A stretch of DNA of 64,000 bases from an uncultured Chloroflexia bacterium (GCA_963709875.1 CAVPYB010000005.1:56721-120720), one strand, 5' to 3'. Counted from the stretch's first letter, positions 9,464 through 19,534 are shown. A program made the numbers and translations. Notes: generated by a model from the letters alone, not told the origin.

Positions 9464-10105
9464 ATGCTGTTGAGGAAAATTATCAGAGGTTTGCTGGCGG
9501 TACCGCTTGTGGTGCTGGGGTGGCTGGCATTTGTGCGCGTGGTGCGCTATTTCTACAAGTTCCCCATGCCGCAGTTCATGGCACCGCTGATCGATAACCC
9601 CTTCCGGCGCAGGTTCCAACCGCCGGAGGAGATGGCCTGGCGGCACGGCATCCAGGCGGGGATGCGCGTGCTGGAGGTCGGACCCGGCAACGGTCGCTAC
9701 ACACTTGCTGCGGCGCAGGCGGTTGGGGATGACGGGCGTGTGGTGGCAGTGGATATCGAGCCGAAGATGATCCAGCGCCTGCAGCAGACGCTCCTGCAGG
9801 CGGGGATGGGTAATGTGGATGGGCTGATCGCCGACGTATACGCCTTGCCTTTCCGAAACGATACCTTCGATGCCGTTTACCTGATCACGGTGATCGGCGA
9901 GATCCCTGAGCCGGTGCGGGCCATGCAGGAGTTCCGGCGGGCAACAACGTCCGACGGAACATTGGCATTCAGCGAGTTCTTCCCCGACCCGGACTACCCC
10001 ACGCGCGGCGGCCTGGTGCGCAGGGCAGCCCAAGCCGACTTCGTCCCAAGCTACCGGGCAGGGAGCTGGTTCGCCTATACCCAGGTGTTCGTAAAGGAGG
10101 CTTGA
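9464..10105 (+). CDS. Class I SAM-dependent methyltransferase with N-terminal TM helix
   Basis: VLEVGPGNG, VAVDIEPKM, LPF..DTFD. Confidence 0.9.
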   Translation: MLLRKIIRGLLAVPLVVLGWLAFVRVVRYFYKFPMPQFMAPLIDNPFRRRFQPPEEMAWRHGIQAGMRVLEVGPGNGRYTLAAAQAVGDDGRVVAVDIEPKMIQRLQQTLLQAGMGNVDGLIADVYALPFRNDTFDAVYLITVIGEIPEPVRAMQEFRRATTSDGTLAFSEFFPDPDYPTRGGLVRRAAQADFVPSYRAGSWFAYTQVFVKEA

Positions 10106-10109
10106 GCGG

Positions 10110-10679
10110 ATGGATTACTATGAGGATGCAGCCAACGTCGAGGCTTATATCGAGATGGCAGCCGGGTATGACGGTCGCCAGCTGTTGCCCATCTTGCGTG
10201 AACATCTGAAGCCTGGTTCCAGTGTGCTTGAGCTGGGTATGGGCCCCGGCGTGGATCTGGAGCTGCTGGCTAATGAATACCACGTTACCGGATCGGACCA
10301 ATCGGCGCGCTTCCTGGAGCATTACCGTAGAAATCATCCGGATGCAGACCTGGTGCTGCTGGACGCCCGGCGGATGGATATCGAGCGCAGCTTCGACTGC
10401 ATCTATTCGAATAAGGTCCTGCAGCACCTTACGCGCACCGAACTGAGGGAATCGCTGCACAAGCAGTCGCAGGTGCTGCTGCAGGGCGGGATCCTGTTCC
10501 ATACCTTATGGTATGGTGAGGGCGAGGAGGTGCACGCCGGACTGTACAGCGCCTATTATACAGAAGATAGTTTCGAGGCGCTGGTCGGGAGTGAGTACAA
10601 GTTGGTGGAGGTCGGGCGCTACGCAGAGATGGACGAAGGTGACTCGCTTTACGTAGTATTGAAGCAGGTGCAGCCATAG
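10110..10679 (+). CDS. Class I SAM-dependent methyltransferase
   Basis: VLELGMGPG, FDCIYSNKVLQH. Confidence 0.9.
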   Translation: MDYYEDAANVEAYIEMAAGYDGRQLLPILREHLKPGSSVLELGMGPGVDLELLANEYHVTGSDQSARFLEHYRRNHPDADLVLLDARRMDIERSFDCIYSNKVLQHLTRTELRESLHKQSQVLLQGGILFHTLWYGEGEEVHAGLYSAYYTEDSFEALVGSEYKLVEVGRYAEMDEGDSLYVVLKQVQP

Positions 10680-10687
10680 GCGTGCAT

Positions 10688-11575
10688 ATGAACAGTTCTG
10701 GTGACGAACACACGATCCAGCTCTACGACGGGCGCAGGTTGGCTTACGCACGCTACGGGGCTCCGGGCGGGAGGCCGGTCTTCTATTTCACGGGCGGCAA
10801 CAGCTCGCGCATCGAAGGCGAGTGGTTCGCGGAGGCTGCGCAGAAGCTGGGCGTCGACCTTATCGTGCCCGACAGACCCGGTTTCGGTCTGTCCGATTTC
10901 CAGCCCAGGCGCAGGCTGCTGGATTGGCCGGAGGATATCTCCCACCTGGCAGACCGGCTGGCGCTGGAGCGCTTCGCCGTCTTCGGGTTGTCCGGAGGCG
11001 GGCCGCACACATTGGCCGCGGCCTGCAAGCTGCCCGGGCGCATCACCCGCGCCGCAGTGGTCAGCGGCACCGCCCCGCCAGAGATGCCGGATCGCTTCAG
11101 CGGGATGTGGCCTCCCGTGCGGCTGATCTTCCTCACCGCCAGGCATCTTCCATCCGTGAACCGCCTGCTGCTGAAGGCGATGGCGGGCTTCTACAGCAAC
11201 CCGGACGAGATGAAGAAGCGTATGAAGCAGGCCATGCCGCCCCCGGATGTGGAATTGATGGAGCGGCGACCAGAGATCATCGATATATTTGCCCGCGCTG
11301 CGCAGGAAGCTCACCGTAAGGGCCTGGAGGGCGATGCCTGGGAATGGCGCATGTATGTGCATCCCTGGGGCTTCCAGTTGCGCGATATCCGCATCCCGGT
11401 TGATCTGTGGTACGGGCTGCACGACCGCCAGGTGCCGGTTGGCATGGGTCGCTACCTGCACCAGGAGCTGCGCGGCAGCTTCTTGAATGAGGTCGAGGAC
11501 GGCGGGCATTTCTCGACGATCAATAATCATATCGAGGAGATTTTGGACTATCTTGTAGAAGGGGATCAGGTATAA
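10688..11575 (+). CDS. Alpha/beta fold hydrolase
   Basis: DGRRLAY, PDRPGFGLS, GLSGGG nucleophile elbow, GGHF. Confidence 0.92.
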   Translation: MNSSGDEHTIQLYDGRRLAYARYGAPGGRPVFYFTGGNSSRIEGEWFAEAAQKLGVDLIVPDRPGFGLSDFQPRRRLLDWPEDISHLADRLALERFAVFGLSGGGPHTLAAACKLPGRITRAAVVSGTAPPEMPDRFSGMWPPVRLIFLTARHLPSVNRLLLKAMAGFYSNPDEMKKRMKQAMPPPDVELMERRPEIIDIFARAAQEAHRKGLEGDAWEWRMYVHPWGFQLRDIRIPVDLWYGLHDRQVPVGMGRYLHQELRGSFLNEVEDGGHFSTINNHIEEILDYLVEGDQV

Positions 11576-11676
11576 GGATGCCTGGTTGCAACAGCCTTCC
11601 CGCCAACTGCGTAAGCCCTAATTTGTAAGGATTATCGGTTGAGAATCTGTTTGATCGAACGATATTGGAGGTAAAG

Positions 11677-12048
11677 ATGGCAGACAAGACAGTGGATGGT
11701 TATATTGCCGGGCTGGAAAGCTGGCAGGCGGAGATCGTCTCCCAGGTGCGGGGAATCATCCTTCAAGCCGCGCCGCATGCAAAGGAATCGATCAAGTGGG
11801 CGCAGCCGGTGTATGAGAGCGGTGGTCCGTTCGCGTATATGAAAGCCTTCAAGAAGGCGGTCAACTTCGGGTTCTGGCGTGGGATCGACCTGGATGACCC
11901 CAAGGGCATTCTGGAAGGCTCTGGCGATAAGATGCGCCATGTGAAGCTGACCAGCCTGGAGGATATCGATGCAGCGCAGTTTGCAGACTTCGTCAGGCAG
12001 GCGGTAGAGCTGAACCAGGTCAAAGGAGACCCAACAAAGGGCGGATAA
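11677..12048 (+). CDS. DUF1801 (YdhG-like) domain protein
   Basis: ESIKWAQPVY, VNFGFWRG, LEGSGDKMRHVK; SD GGAGGT. Confidence 0.88.
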   Translation: MADKTVDGYIAGLESWQAEIVSQVRGIILQAAPHAKESIKWAQPVYESGGPFAYMKAFKKAVNFGFWRGIDLDDPKGILEGSGDKMRHVKLTSLEDIDAAQFADFVRQAVELNQVKGDPTKGG

Positions 12049-12252
12049 GAGTAGAAAGACGATAAAAAAAATTCGTCGCCATATATTGCTATAAATACTC
12101 CCGTATTTATCATAATATAGGGTATAATTTATTCGCCCCCAGGCGAGCCGGATCATCTTAGCTCCTTTCTTTCAGCGGTATTGGGGATATTCACCCGTGT
12201 TTCAATTCACCGCCGGTAATTTCACATTTGTATAAACCAGAGGAGTAATACC

Positions 12253-12693
12253 ATGATCGAGTTCGAACAAAAAGTTTTTATCAATCGACCCCAGCAGGAT
12301 GTATTTGAAATCATAACCAACCCCGGCAAATCACCTCTATGGCAAGGTGGGACTGAGGCTGCTGAATGGAGCAGTGCGGCTCCCTATGGGGTCGGCTCGA
12401 CCTGGAAATCGCAGAATAAATTCCTGGGGCGCAATCTCGAAGCTGAACTCGTAGTTACCGGCTGGGACTCTCCAAAACTGGTCAGCTTCAAGACTGCCAA
12501 CGGACCGATCCCCATGGAAGTTACCAATGAGCTCGAACCGCAGGATGGTGGAACGAACCTGATCATAAAGGGTCGTGCCGAGTTCGGCGGACTGTTCAAG
12601 CTGGCGGAGGGATTGATCAGTAAACAGCTTGAAAAGCAGATGGATACCGATCACAATACGCTGAAGCTGCTGATGGAATCAAATCAGCTTTAA
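12253..12693 (+). CDS. SRPBCC (START/polyketide cyclase-like) family protein
   Basis: INRPQQDVF..P.WQ, GVGS, terminal LKLLME helix; SD AGGAG. Confidence 0.85.
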   Translation: MIEFEQKVFINRPQQDVFEIITNPGKSPLWQGGTEAAEWSSAAPYGVGSTWKSQNKFLGRNLEAELVVTGWDSPKLVSFKTANGPIPMEVTNELEPQDGGTNLIIKGRAEFGGLFKLAEGLISKQLEKQMDTDHNTLKLLMESNQL

Positions 12694-12836
12694 GGTTTGC
12701 TGCCAGGAGCCAGCTGTGGATTGCTCCGATCTGTTGTATCAGCCCGAGATGATCATAGCCCCAAACGCAATCCTTGATCCAGTCGTTTAACAACCTGTAG
12801 CAGGTGATACGGGAAACCGACACGAGAAATTATCTC

Positions 12837-13452
12837 TCAAGTCGCTGCATCGATTTGCGCTGGGGGCTGCGGGTTGAGCCACTGCCAATCGGCGTAGAAC
12901 AGGCAGGCGATGAGCAGTATGGGCAGGACGAAGAGCAGCAGGTTGGGCAGGGATGAGATGTCGCGCACGAAGAAAAAGGTGAAGATGGCGCCGGCAGCTA
13001 GAAAAGCCACAAACCCCACCGCGGGTCGCTTCCAGGCGATTATCAGCAGAATGAGCATGCCGATTGACGGAATGTTGTGGATCAGGAAGCCGCCCAGCAG
13101 TTCGAGCGGAGCCGCGTCCATCTCGAATACATCCAGGGAAAACAGGCTCACGAAGAAGATGATCAGGATGGCGGCGACGCGCGGCGCCCAGTGAATGATT
13201 CTCAGCCAGCCGCGGGTTGACCTGCCCGAGACTGGAATGCTCCCGCCAGCCGACAGCCAGCACATAGATCGACCCGTACAGCAGCATGAGCGGGATCCCC
13301 AGGATTGGGATGTTGAGCAGCATCATCCACCACTGCATGAATTCCGGGTCGGCAGCCCAGTTGGCGTAGCTGAAGGCGGCGATGGTGAGCACGAACAGGA
13401 GCATCAGGATGATCAGCAGAATACGATTGAACCGAGATTTCTGAGTATTCAT
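12837..13452 (-). CDS. Membrane protein, split by one frameshift near 13200
   Basis: ORFs 12787..13452 (5' part) and 12837..13265 (WAPR..FVSLFSLDVF..FLIHNIPS) join; SD GGGAGG. Confidence 0.65.
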
Positions 13453-13529
13453 AGCAAAACCTCCCTATCGAGTTGCCGCGAATTGCCCAGATGATAGACT
13501 TACACATTTATTATATACCTGTTATCGGG

Positions 13530-13769
13530 TCAATCTCGTAATTTTGCAGGTTGTTGCTGGAGCTCTTCATCCTCACGCTCCGAGCAAGCCAGCCCTTCTA
13601 AATAAGCAATCAATGTGACCAGGTTTGGAAAGCCGTGCAGCTCACCCGTCTGCACCTCTTCCAAAGAGGCGCGCCAGTCGCTCCCCTCTTCGACCTGTAC
13701 CCGCCACATGCGCAGCAGGTAGGAGCGGTAGTCATCGCGGAAAGATTTCATGGTTTGCTCGTTTTGCAT
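13530..13769 (-). CDS. Small conserved hypothetical protein ('YxSYLLRxWR' family)
   Basis: YRSYLLRMWR..WRASLE..TGELHGF..L..L; paralog at 48303..48512. Confidence 0.75.
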   Translation of the reverse strand: MQNEQTMKSFRDDYRSYLLRMWRVQVEEGSDWRASLEEVQTGELHGFPNLVTLIAYLEGLACSEREDEELQQQPAKLRD

Positions 13770-13812
13770 GAGTGGTTAATGATTTGGCAGAGCGCATGCT
13801 CTGATATATTCC

Positions 13813-13844
13813 AGTGTAGCAAATTACTCTCAGTGAAGTCTCAG
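13813..13844 (-). promoter_or_regulatory. SARP/BTAD-type activator site plus -10 box
   Basis: Minus strand CTGAGAC-N4-CTGAGAG-N8-TACACT (11-bp period, 8 nt from -10). Confidence 0.55.
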
Positions 13845-13879
13845 GAAACACACAAGCAATTCTCTACTCATACTCTTTG

Positions 13880-14109
13880 CCCTCAAACTGCTCCCGTTTT
13901 CCTGGCAGGTGCTCTTCAGACTGTTATACCTGCCAGGCTTGCGGGAATTGATTCTGGCTTTGTGCGAAAGGCGCATGCCTGGTTCATTGGGGGCGATCCT
14001 GTGCCGGACACGTTATATCGATGATGTGCTGATCAGGTCACTGCATACTGGCTTAGACCAGCAGGTGATCCTCGGGGCGGGATTCGACCGCCGCTCGCTC
14101 GTCAGTTGA
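13880..14109 (+). pseudogene. Fragment of an LCM/TIGR00027-like SAM methyltransferase
   Basis: CRTRYIDD...QQVILGAGFD, then premature stop. Confidence 0.65.
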
Positions 14110-14207
14110 ACGTATTCGATGGAGAGCGGGCGGCGTATGCCGAGGTCATGGGGAATATGTTTGCCTGAGATAATGTCAATCAGGCACACTTGTGGTGTAA
14201 ACGCCAA

Positions 14208-14240
14208 CCAGGTGGAACACTCTAAAATCGTTCCACCTGG
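14208..14240. repeat. Hairpin (REP-like or terminator downstream of the scyE-like gene)
   Basis: ccaggtggaac...gttccacctgg, 11-bp perfect stem. Confidence 0.6.
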
Positions 14241-14289
14241 CGGCTTGTCATCTGAGTATAAAAACGGGGGGACGCGCCCCTGTTAGCAC

Positions 14290-15324
14290 TTACGGCAGGG
14301 TGATCACCTGGGCTGCGCCAGGAATCAGCGAGCCGATGGCTGCATACAGCGTACCGTCGCGGTGAGCTGCAGCGGCAATCGGCAGCGGCAGCCCGCCAGC
14401 TACGACCGAGCACGTACCTGCGGATAGGTCGCAGGCGTTGACCGTACCGCCCTGAGTGAGACCTGGGATACCGAAGAAGAATTCAAGCTCCACTGCCATG
14501 AAGCTGGCTTCATCGAATTCGACCACGTAGAGCGTGCCATCCGGTCCGAAAGCCAGATCAACGATCGAAGTGAAGCCGCTGGCAACCACACTGCATGCCG
14601 GGCTGCTTCCGCACTGGGCGTGAAGTGTGCCTGGCTCGATACGCCAGATCTGCGACATCCCCAATGGACCGGGGAAGCCTTTCAGCTCGCCTACGTAATA
14701 AGCACCGTCAGGACCTACGGCTACGCTGGTAGCTACCGCCTGGGCGGGCATCATATCGATACCGCACACAAATGCCAGCTCCGGTGGTGCGTTGGGGCAG
14801 TCGAGCAGGTTCTGGATATTATCGGTCGGCACCAGCTCGTCCGGGAAGGTGGCAACCCAATCCACGTTGCCGCGCTGGTCGACCACCAGCAGGGAATTCC
14901 CGGCGGCATCGGCTACAAGGGCTTGCCCGCCATTCAATGCCGCTACATCGAAGGGGTTCGAGTCGATCTCCCCATCATCCGGATTGACATCGGCTTCAAA
15001 AGCAACCAGATCAGCAAGCTGGCGTATGGAGCCCCGCGAGACACGGTAGAGCTGTCCGTTGGCAAGGGCAAACATGTTCCCGCGCCCGATGGAGGCAACA
15101 TCTGCCACGCCAGGCAGCTCCGCAACCAGACTGCCTGCTCCATTACGCAGCTCTACGATGCCTGATCCGCCATCTGCTACCAGCAGGCTGCCGTCGGGAG
15201 CGGCATCCAATCCGAAGAGGGGCGTGGAGAAGTCGAAGCTCGGCACCCCATCGGCGAGTGCCGCTATAGGAAGCGCGACCAGAAGTGCTACAACGATCAA
15301 ACTAACCAATATCTTACGTTTCAT
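14290..15324 (-). CDS. Secreted ScyD/ScyE family beta-propeller protein
   Basis: Signal peptide; DSNPF, VADAAGNSLL, QAVATSVAVGPDGAYYVGELKGFP, SGFTSIVDLAFGPDG. Confidence 0.88.
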   Translation of the reverse strand: MKRKILVSLIVVALLVALPIAALADGVPSFDFSTPLFGLDAAPDGSLLVADGGSGIVELRNGAGSLVAELPGVADVASIGRGNMFALANGQLYRVSRGSIRQLADLVAFEADVNPDDGEIDSNPFDVAALNGGQALVADAAGNSLLVVDQRGNVDWVATFPDELVPTDNIQNLLDCPNAPPELAFVCGIDMMPAQAVATSVAVGPDGAYYVGELKGFPGPLGMSQIWRIEPGTLHAQCGSSPACSVVASGFTSIVDLAFGPDGTLYVVEFDEASFMAVELEFFFGIPGLTQGGTVNACDLSAGTCSVVAGGLPLPIAAAAHRDGTLYAAIGSLIPGAAQVITLP

Positions 15325-15468
15325 GAAACAATCCTCCAGACGAAAAAGTATATGTGCGCGTCTCTCAACGGGCGGCGTCCTGCGTACCTACAGCAGGGAG
15401 ATATAATTTGAAAGACGAGCGCTACGAAGGGAACTGTGAAATACGATAATTACGCCACCCTTTATCCG

Positions 15469-15497
15469 AATATATCACCTGATTGAGCATTTGTCAA
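15469..15497 (-). promoter_or_regulatory. Sigma70-type promoter of the scyE-like gene
   Basis: TTGACA-N17-TATATT on the minus strand, abutting the IS target duplication. Confidence 0.6.
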
Positions 15498-15513
15498 TCC
15501 GTTGAATGGAACT

Positions 15514-17112
15514 TGTTAGCGCAAAGTAGTAGAGTCCCCTAATGGCAAAGTTAAAATGTCCCCTTCGAAAGGGACATAAAAATGGACGAACTACTAACAA
15601 TGAGCAAACGAGAAATCACACGATTGGAAATCATGCAACGTCTGACAGAGAAACGATTGACCCAGAAAGAAGCGGCTCGCATGTTAGGATTGAGCACCCG
15701 GCAAATCAAGCGGCTGTGGCGAGCCTACCGCGAGCAGGGCGCCAAAGGGTTAGTGAGCGGCCGGCGCGGCAAAGCGAGCAACAATCGCCTGGATGCTGGG
15801 GTGGTGCAGCAAGCCCTGGATTTGATCGAGGAGAAGTATCGGGATTTTGGTCCGACACTGGCCCACGAGAAGCTGAGCGAGGCGCATCATCTGGCGATCT
15901 CGCGGGAAAGTGTGCGCCGGATCATGATCGAGGCAGGGATCTGGAAACCGAAGCGAGCCAAACAGCCGAGCGTGCACCAGATGAGGGAACGGCGGGCGTG
16001 TTTTGGGGAACTAGTCCAGATCGATGGGTCCGAGCATGCCTGGTTTGAAGAGCGCGGCCCTAAGTGTACGTTGCTGGTGAATATCGACGATGCGACCGGA
16101 CAGCTGTTGGAGCTGTGGTTCGTGCCCAGCGAGAGCTTTTTCGGCTACTGTGAAGCCACCCGGCATCATGTGGAGCGTTACGGCAAGCCAGTGGCCTTCT
16201 ACAGCGACAAACATGGCATCTTCCGGGTCAACCAGGAGCGACCGTTAGGCTTGAGTAGCGGTTTGACCCAGTTTGGACGTGCGATGCAAGAGCTGGATAT
16301 CCAGATTATCTGTGCCAACAGCCCGCAGGCCAAGGGACGCATTGAGCGGGCCAACCTGACCCTGCAAGATCGCCTGGTGAAAGAACTGCGCCTGCGCGGC
16401 ATCTCCGACATGGAAGCCGGTAACGCTTATCTGCCCGAATTTCGGGAAGATTTCAACCGGCGTTTTGCGGTGGCACCTCGCAGCAACCATGATGCTCACC
16501 GGCCTCTGCTCAAAACCGATCACCTGGATGTCATCCTGACCCACCAGGAAACTCGCACCCTCTCCAAGAACCTGACCGTGCAATTCAAGCACGTCGTCTA
16601 CCAGATCCAAACCAGCCGCCCAGACTACGCCCTGCGCAATGCAAAAGTCACTGTCTGCGAGAACGCCAAGGGAGAAATCACGATCCTCTACAAAAACAAA
16701 CCCCTGGCCTACACCGTCTACCATAAGGCTCCCCGCCAGGCCGAAGTCGCTGACAGCAAATCCATCGACCACCAGATCAAGACCCCCTGGACACCGCCCC
16801 CCGATCACCCCTGGCGGCGTTATGGAAAACATCTCCATGCCAAACCCATTTCAGAGCCAACTCCCCATAGCGCAGATTGAGCCCGATGGGCAGATGAGTT
16901 TTTCGCTTTCGGCCAAAAACTGGGCTGAAAGCAAAGAGCAGAGCGTAACCCGCTCTGCCCAGTTTTCGGCCTCGTGGCGGCGCTCCGGTTGCTCTCCAGC
17001 AGAGCCGTATCCTCCGCACGAGTATGGAGAGTTTAGCATATTTTTTAGCTCCCCTTTCGAAGGGGACATCTCTACTTTGCAGAATAGGGGACATTTCTAC
17101 TTTGCATTGACA
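15514..17112 (+). mobile_element. Complete IS1202-family (ISNCY) insertion sequence, 1599 bp, 16-bp target duplication
   Basis: TGT...ACA ends; imperfect 26-bp IRs with repeated GCAAAGT..GTCCCC submotifs; TCCGTTGAATGGAACT at 15498-15513 and 17113-17128. Confidence 0.9.
15582..16880 (+). CDS. ISNCY/IS1202-family DDE transposase
   Basis: N-terminal HTH, FGPTLAHEKL, GELVQIDGSEHAW, IDDAT, YSDKH, ANSPQAKGRIER, PPPDHPWR. Confidence 0.95.
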   Translation: MDELLTMSKREITRLEIMQRLTEKRLTQKEAARMLGLSTRQIKRLWRAYREQGAKGLVSGRRGKASNNRLDAGVVQQALDLIEEKYRDFGPTLAHEKLSEAHHLAISRESVRRIMIEAGIWKPKRAKQPSVHQMRERRACFGELVQIDGSEHAWFEERGPKCTLLVNIDDATGQLLELWFVPSESFFGYCEATRHHVERYGKPVAFYSDKHGIFRVNQERPLGLSSGLTQFGRAMQELDIQIICANSPQAKGRIERANLTLQDRLVKELRLRGISDMEAGNAYLPEFREDFNRRFAVAPRSNHDAHRPLLKTDHLDVILTHQETRTLSKNLTVQFKHVVYQIQTSRPDYALRNAKVTVCENAKGEITILYKNKPLAYTVYHKAPRQAEVADSKSIDHQIKTPWTPPPDHPWRRYGKHLHAKPISEPTPHSAD

Positions 17113-17148
17113 TCCGTTGAATGGAACTTGTAGCCTGGCATGAAATAA

Positions 17149-17730
17149 ATGAGCATTAATAACGCCATTGTTATTTCTATAATATTTGCGAGCTTGTTGA
17201 GTATTGTCCTGTCCTTCCGCTATTTCTTGTACTACTATAGACTGGCGATGGACCGGAGCCTACGGCTCGAGGATAACGCGCACCGGTACCGGGTCAGCGC
17301 CAGGATCCTGGTGGGTTCCTGCCTGGTTTTGGTCGCCTCCCTGGGCTATATGATCATGAACACAAATGGTGGGAATGAGGTAAGGGCTGCCCCTACTCCA
17401 ACGACTGCGGCGCCGACTGCTCCAACTCTGCAGCAAACCGCTCCTGGAACTACCCTCTCCCCCGGGACAACCACACAGGAGCAAATCCCAACCCAGCCAG
17501 CCACACCTGTATCAATATTCGCGAAAGTGGGCAATACCAGTGGTGCAGGGGTGAATGTGCGCTCCGACCCTGGTCTGGGCGCAACAATTATCGCCCAAAT
17601 ATCTGACGACAGCCGGGTGACATTGTTGGAAGACAGCCAGGATGTGGATGGTTTCACCTGGCAGCTCGTGGTGCTTCCTGATGGTCGCAGGGGCTGGATT
17701 GCTATAAATTTCTTGATCCCCGAAGAATGA
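17149..17730 (+). CDS. Membrane-anchored SH3b domain protein
   Basis: Two TMs, P/T-rich linker, GVNVRSDPG...W..V...GRRGWI. Confidence 0.85.
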   Translation: MSINNAIVISIIFASLLSIVLSFRYFLYYYRLAMDRSLRLEDNAHRYRVSARILVGSCLVLVASLGYMIMNTNGGNEVRAAPTPTTAAPTAPTLQQTAPGTTLSPGTTTQEQIPTQPATPVSIFAKVGNTSGAGVNVRSDPGLGATIIAQISDDSRVTLLEDSQDVDGFTWQLVVLPDGRRGWIAINFLIPEE

Positions 17731-17844
17731 GGTTCGCCGGACGACGATCCCCATTGGCTTGATGTTCTTTGATGACCGGCACTGACTGTGTACCTACCGC
17801 AAATCACCCATCACCTGGCACATGTCACCGGACCAATTGACACT

Positions 17845-18252
17845 CTAACCACCCAGCGGGAAATCCGGGTTCCAGGCCACCTCCCACAGATGCCCGTCGG
17901 GGTCGGCGAAATAGCCCGAATAGCCGCCCCATTCAGCCTCCTCGGCGGGTTTGGTGATCTGCGCCCCGGCGGCGGCAGCCTGCTGCAGGGTGCGGTCGAC
18001 TTCAGCTTTGGAACGCACGTTATGTGCCAGCGTCACACCGGAGAAACCCGATCCCTGCGGGTCCACCTTGGCATCCGCGGCCAGCGCCTGGCGCGGGTAG
18101 AGCGCCAACCAACACCCCTGCAATGGGAAAAAGGCGATATCCATATACTCGGGGTTGTGGGGCAGCCCCAATCCGTCGCGGTAGAAGCGGGTCGAGCGCT
18201 CCAGATCTGCCACGCCAAGTGTGATGATGCTGATCCTGGGTTCCATAGCCAT
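17845..18252 (-). CDS. VOC (glyoxalase) family protein
   Basis: RISIITLGVADLERS..FY, WGGYSGYFADPDGHLWEVAWNP. Confidence 0.93.
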   Translation of the reverse strand: MAMEPRISIITLGVADLERSTRFYRDGLGLPHNPEYMDIAFFPLQGCWLALYPRQALAADAKVDPQGSGFSGVTLAHNVRSKAEVDRTLQQAAAAGAQITKPAEEAEWGGYSGYFADPDGHLWEVAWNPDFPLGG

Positions 18253-18256
18253 GCGC

Positions 18257-18532
18257 TTATCCCAGCTCCAACGGACCGCCGAAGTCGTCGCCTTCGAACC
18301 ACTTGATCTCGACCTCCAGGCTGTACTGGGTGCCTTTGCTCTTCTTGTCCTCTTCTTCTACCTGGATCTCGAGGATCAGGTTGTGCGGCAGGTCCAGGCT
18401 GATCTCCTGTCCGCCCTGACGCAGCACGAGGTTTCCGCCGGCCACTTTTTCGGCGAGCTGCCCCAGGAATGCGCTTACATCCGCCCGGCTGCGGCGTTCT
18501 TCGTTCTTGAATATCTTTTGCTCTTTGCCCAT
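18257..18532 (-). CDS. Amphi-Trp domain protein
   Basis: LFK-like start, LxQLAEKV, SLEVEIKW; SD GGAGGT. Confidence 0.8.
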   Translation of the reverse strand: MGKEQKIFKNEERRSRADVSAFLGQLAEKVAGGNLVLRQGGQEISLDLPHNLILEIQVEEEDKKSKGTQYSLEVEIKWFEGDDFGGPLELG

Positions 18533-18649
18533 TATTACCTCCGTGTAAAAATTATAATCAATTCTATCTGAGGTACTATCATGCTCAGCCCTCAAAAGTT
18601 AAGGTTCATTGGGATCTCCCACATCACGGTAATTCCCGAAGAGCCAAAG

Positions 18650-19534
18650 TTAAAAAGCCGTCATTACGATCCCGGCGATCACTATGATCATTCCAAAGCC
18701 TTGCAGCCGGGTGATCTTTTCGTTCAAAAAGATGACTGCCATGCTGATCGTTACGATGGATAAGGCGGAGGAGATCGGCGTCACCAGGATCGCTTCTCCG
18801 ACCGTCAGCCCCCAGTTTACTACTGCCACAGCGGCTGCTTCCAGAACTCCAGCTAAAAGGATCATTATCAATATTTTCGGAGCGATGTTTGCAAGGCTCA
18901 ACTCTCGTTTTATCAGCAGAGAGAACAGCATCATAAACAGGACGATTCCAACCTTCACAAAAAGCGTTGTCGACACCCAGCCGATATTTTCGGAAATGAT
19001 CTCGCTGAAGATCCAGAATGAACCGAACAGCACTGCCGCCAGGACGGTCTCTTTTACACCCGACAGCAGACCCACATTTCGATCTTTAATATCACTCCAT
19101 TTCAAAGATACTAAGGTGACACCGGCAAGGATCATCACGACGCCCAGGAGCTGGAACCTGGTCAGCCGCTGACCGAGGAAGAGAAACGCGAAAATCATCG
19201 TGAAGACGGCGTATAAATTCATCGTCGCGGAGATGATCGATACATTGCCCAGCTCGAAGCCTCTGAAGAACAGCAGGTACGCGGCGGCATAAATAACCGC
19301 TGCCACAGCAATCATAAAAGCGACCCCAGCGGGGATACTCAATTGAGCGGCAAAGACAAATGTGAGCAGGATAGCGAAAACCAGCCCTGAAAGCTGGGAC
19401 CAAAAAAAAGTCTTGAAATTCCCGATCTGTCTGGAATACAGCCCGCCGAAGAAATCATATAACCCCCATCCGAACATGCCCCCCAGGCCTGCCAGGATGC
19501 TTTGCAAGACGGCGCTCATACATAAAGTATACAC
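18650..19534 (-). CDS. DMT/EamA family transporter
   Basis: 10 TMs in two repeats; FLGQRLT..Q..G and FLNEKIT..QG. Confidence 0.9.
   Translation of the reverse strand: MYTLCMSAVLQSILAGLGGMFGWGLYDFFGGLYSRQIGNFKTFFWSQLSGLVFAILLTFVFAAQLSIPAGVAFMIAVAAVIYAAAYLLFFRGFELGNVSIISATMNLYAVFTMIFAFLFLGQRLTRFQLLGVVMILAGVTLVSLKWSDIKDRNVGLLSGVKETVLAAVLFGSFWIFSEIISENIGWVSTTLFVKVGIVLFMMLFSLLIKRELSLANIAPKILIMILLAGVLEAAAVAVVNWGLTVGEAILVTPISSALSIVTISMAVIFLNEKITRLQGFGMIIVIAGIVMTAF

Noticed and set aside
14290-15324. Scytonemin biosynthesis cluster
   Set aside because: Only a lone ScyD/ScyE-family gene is present; no scyA, scyB or scyC, and the family is widespread outside cyanobacteria.
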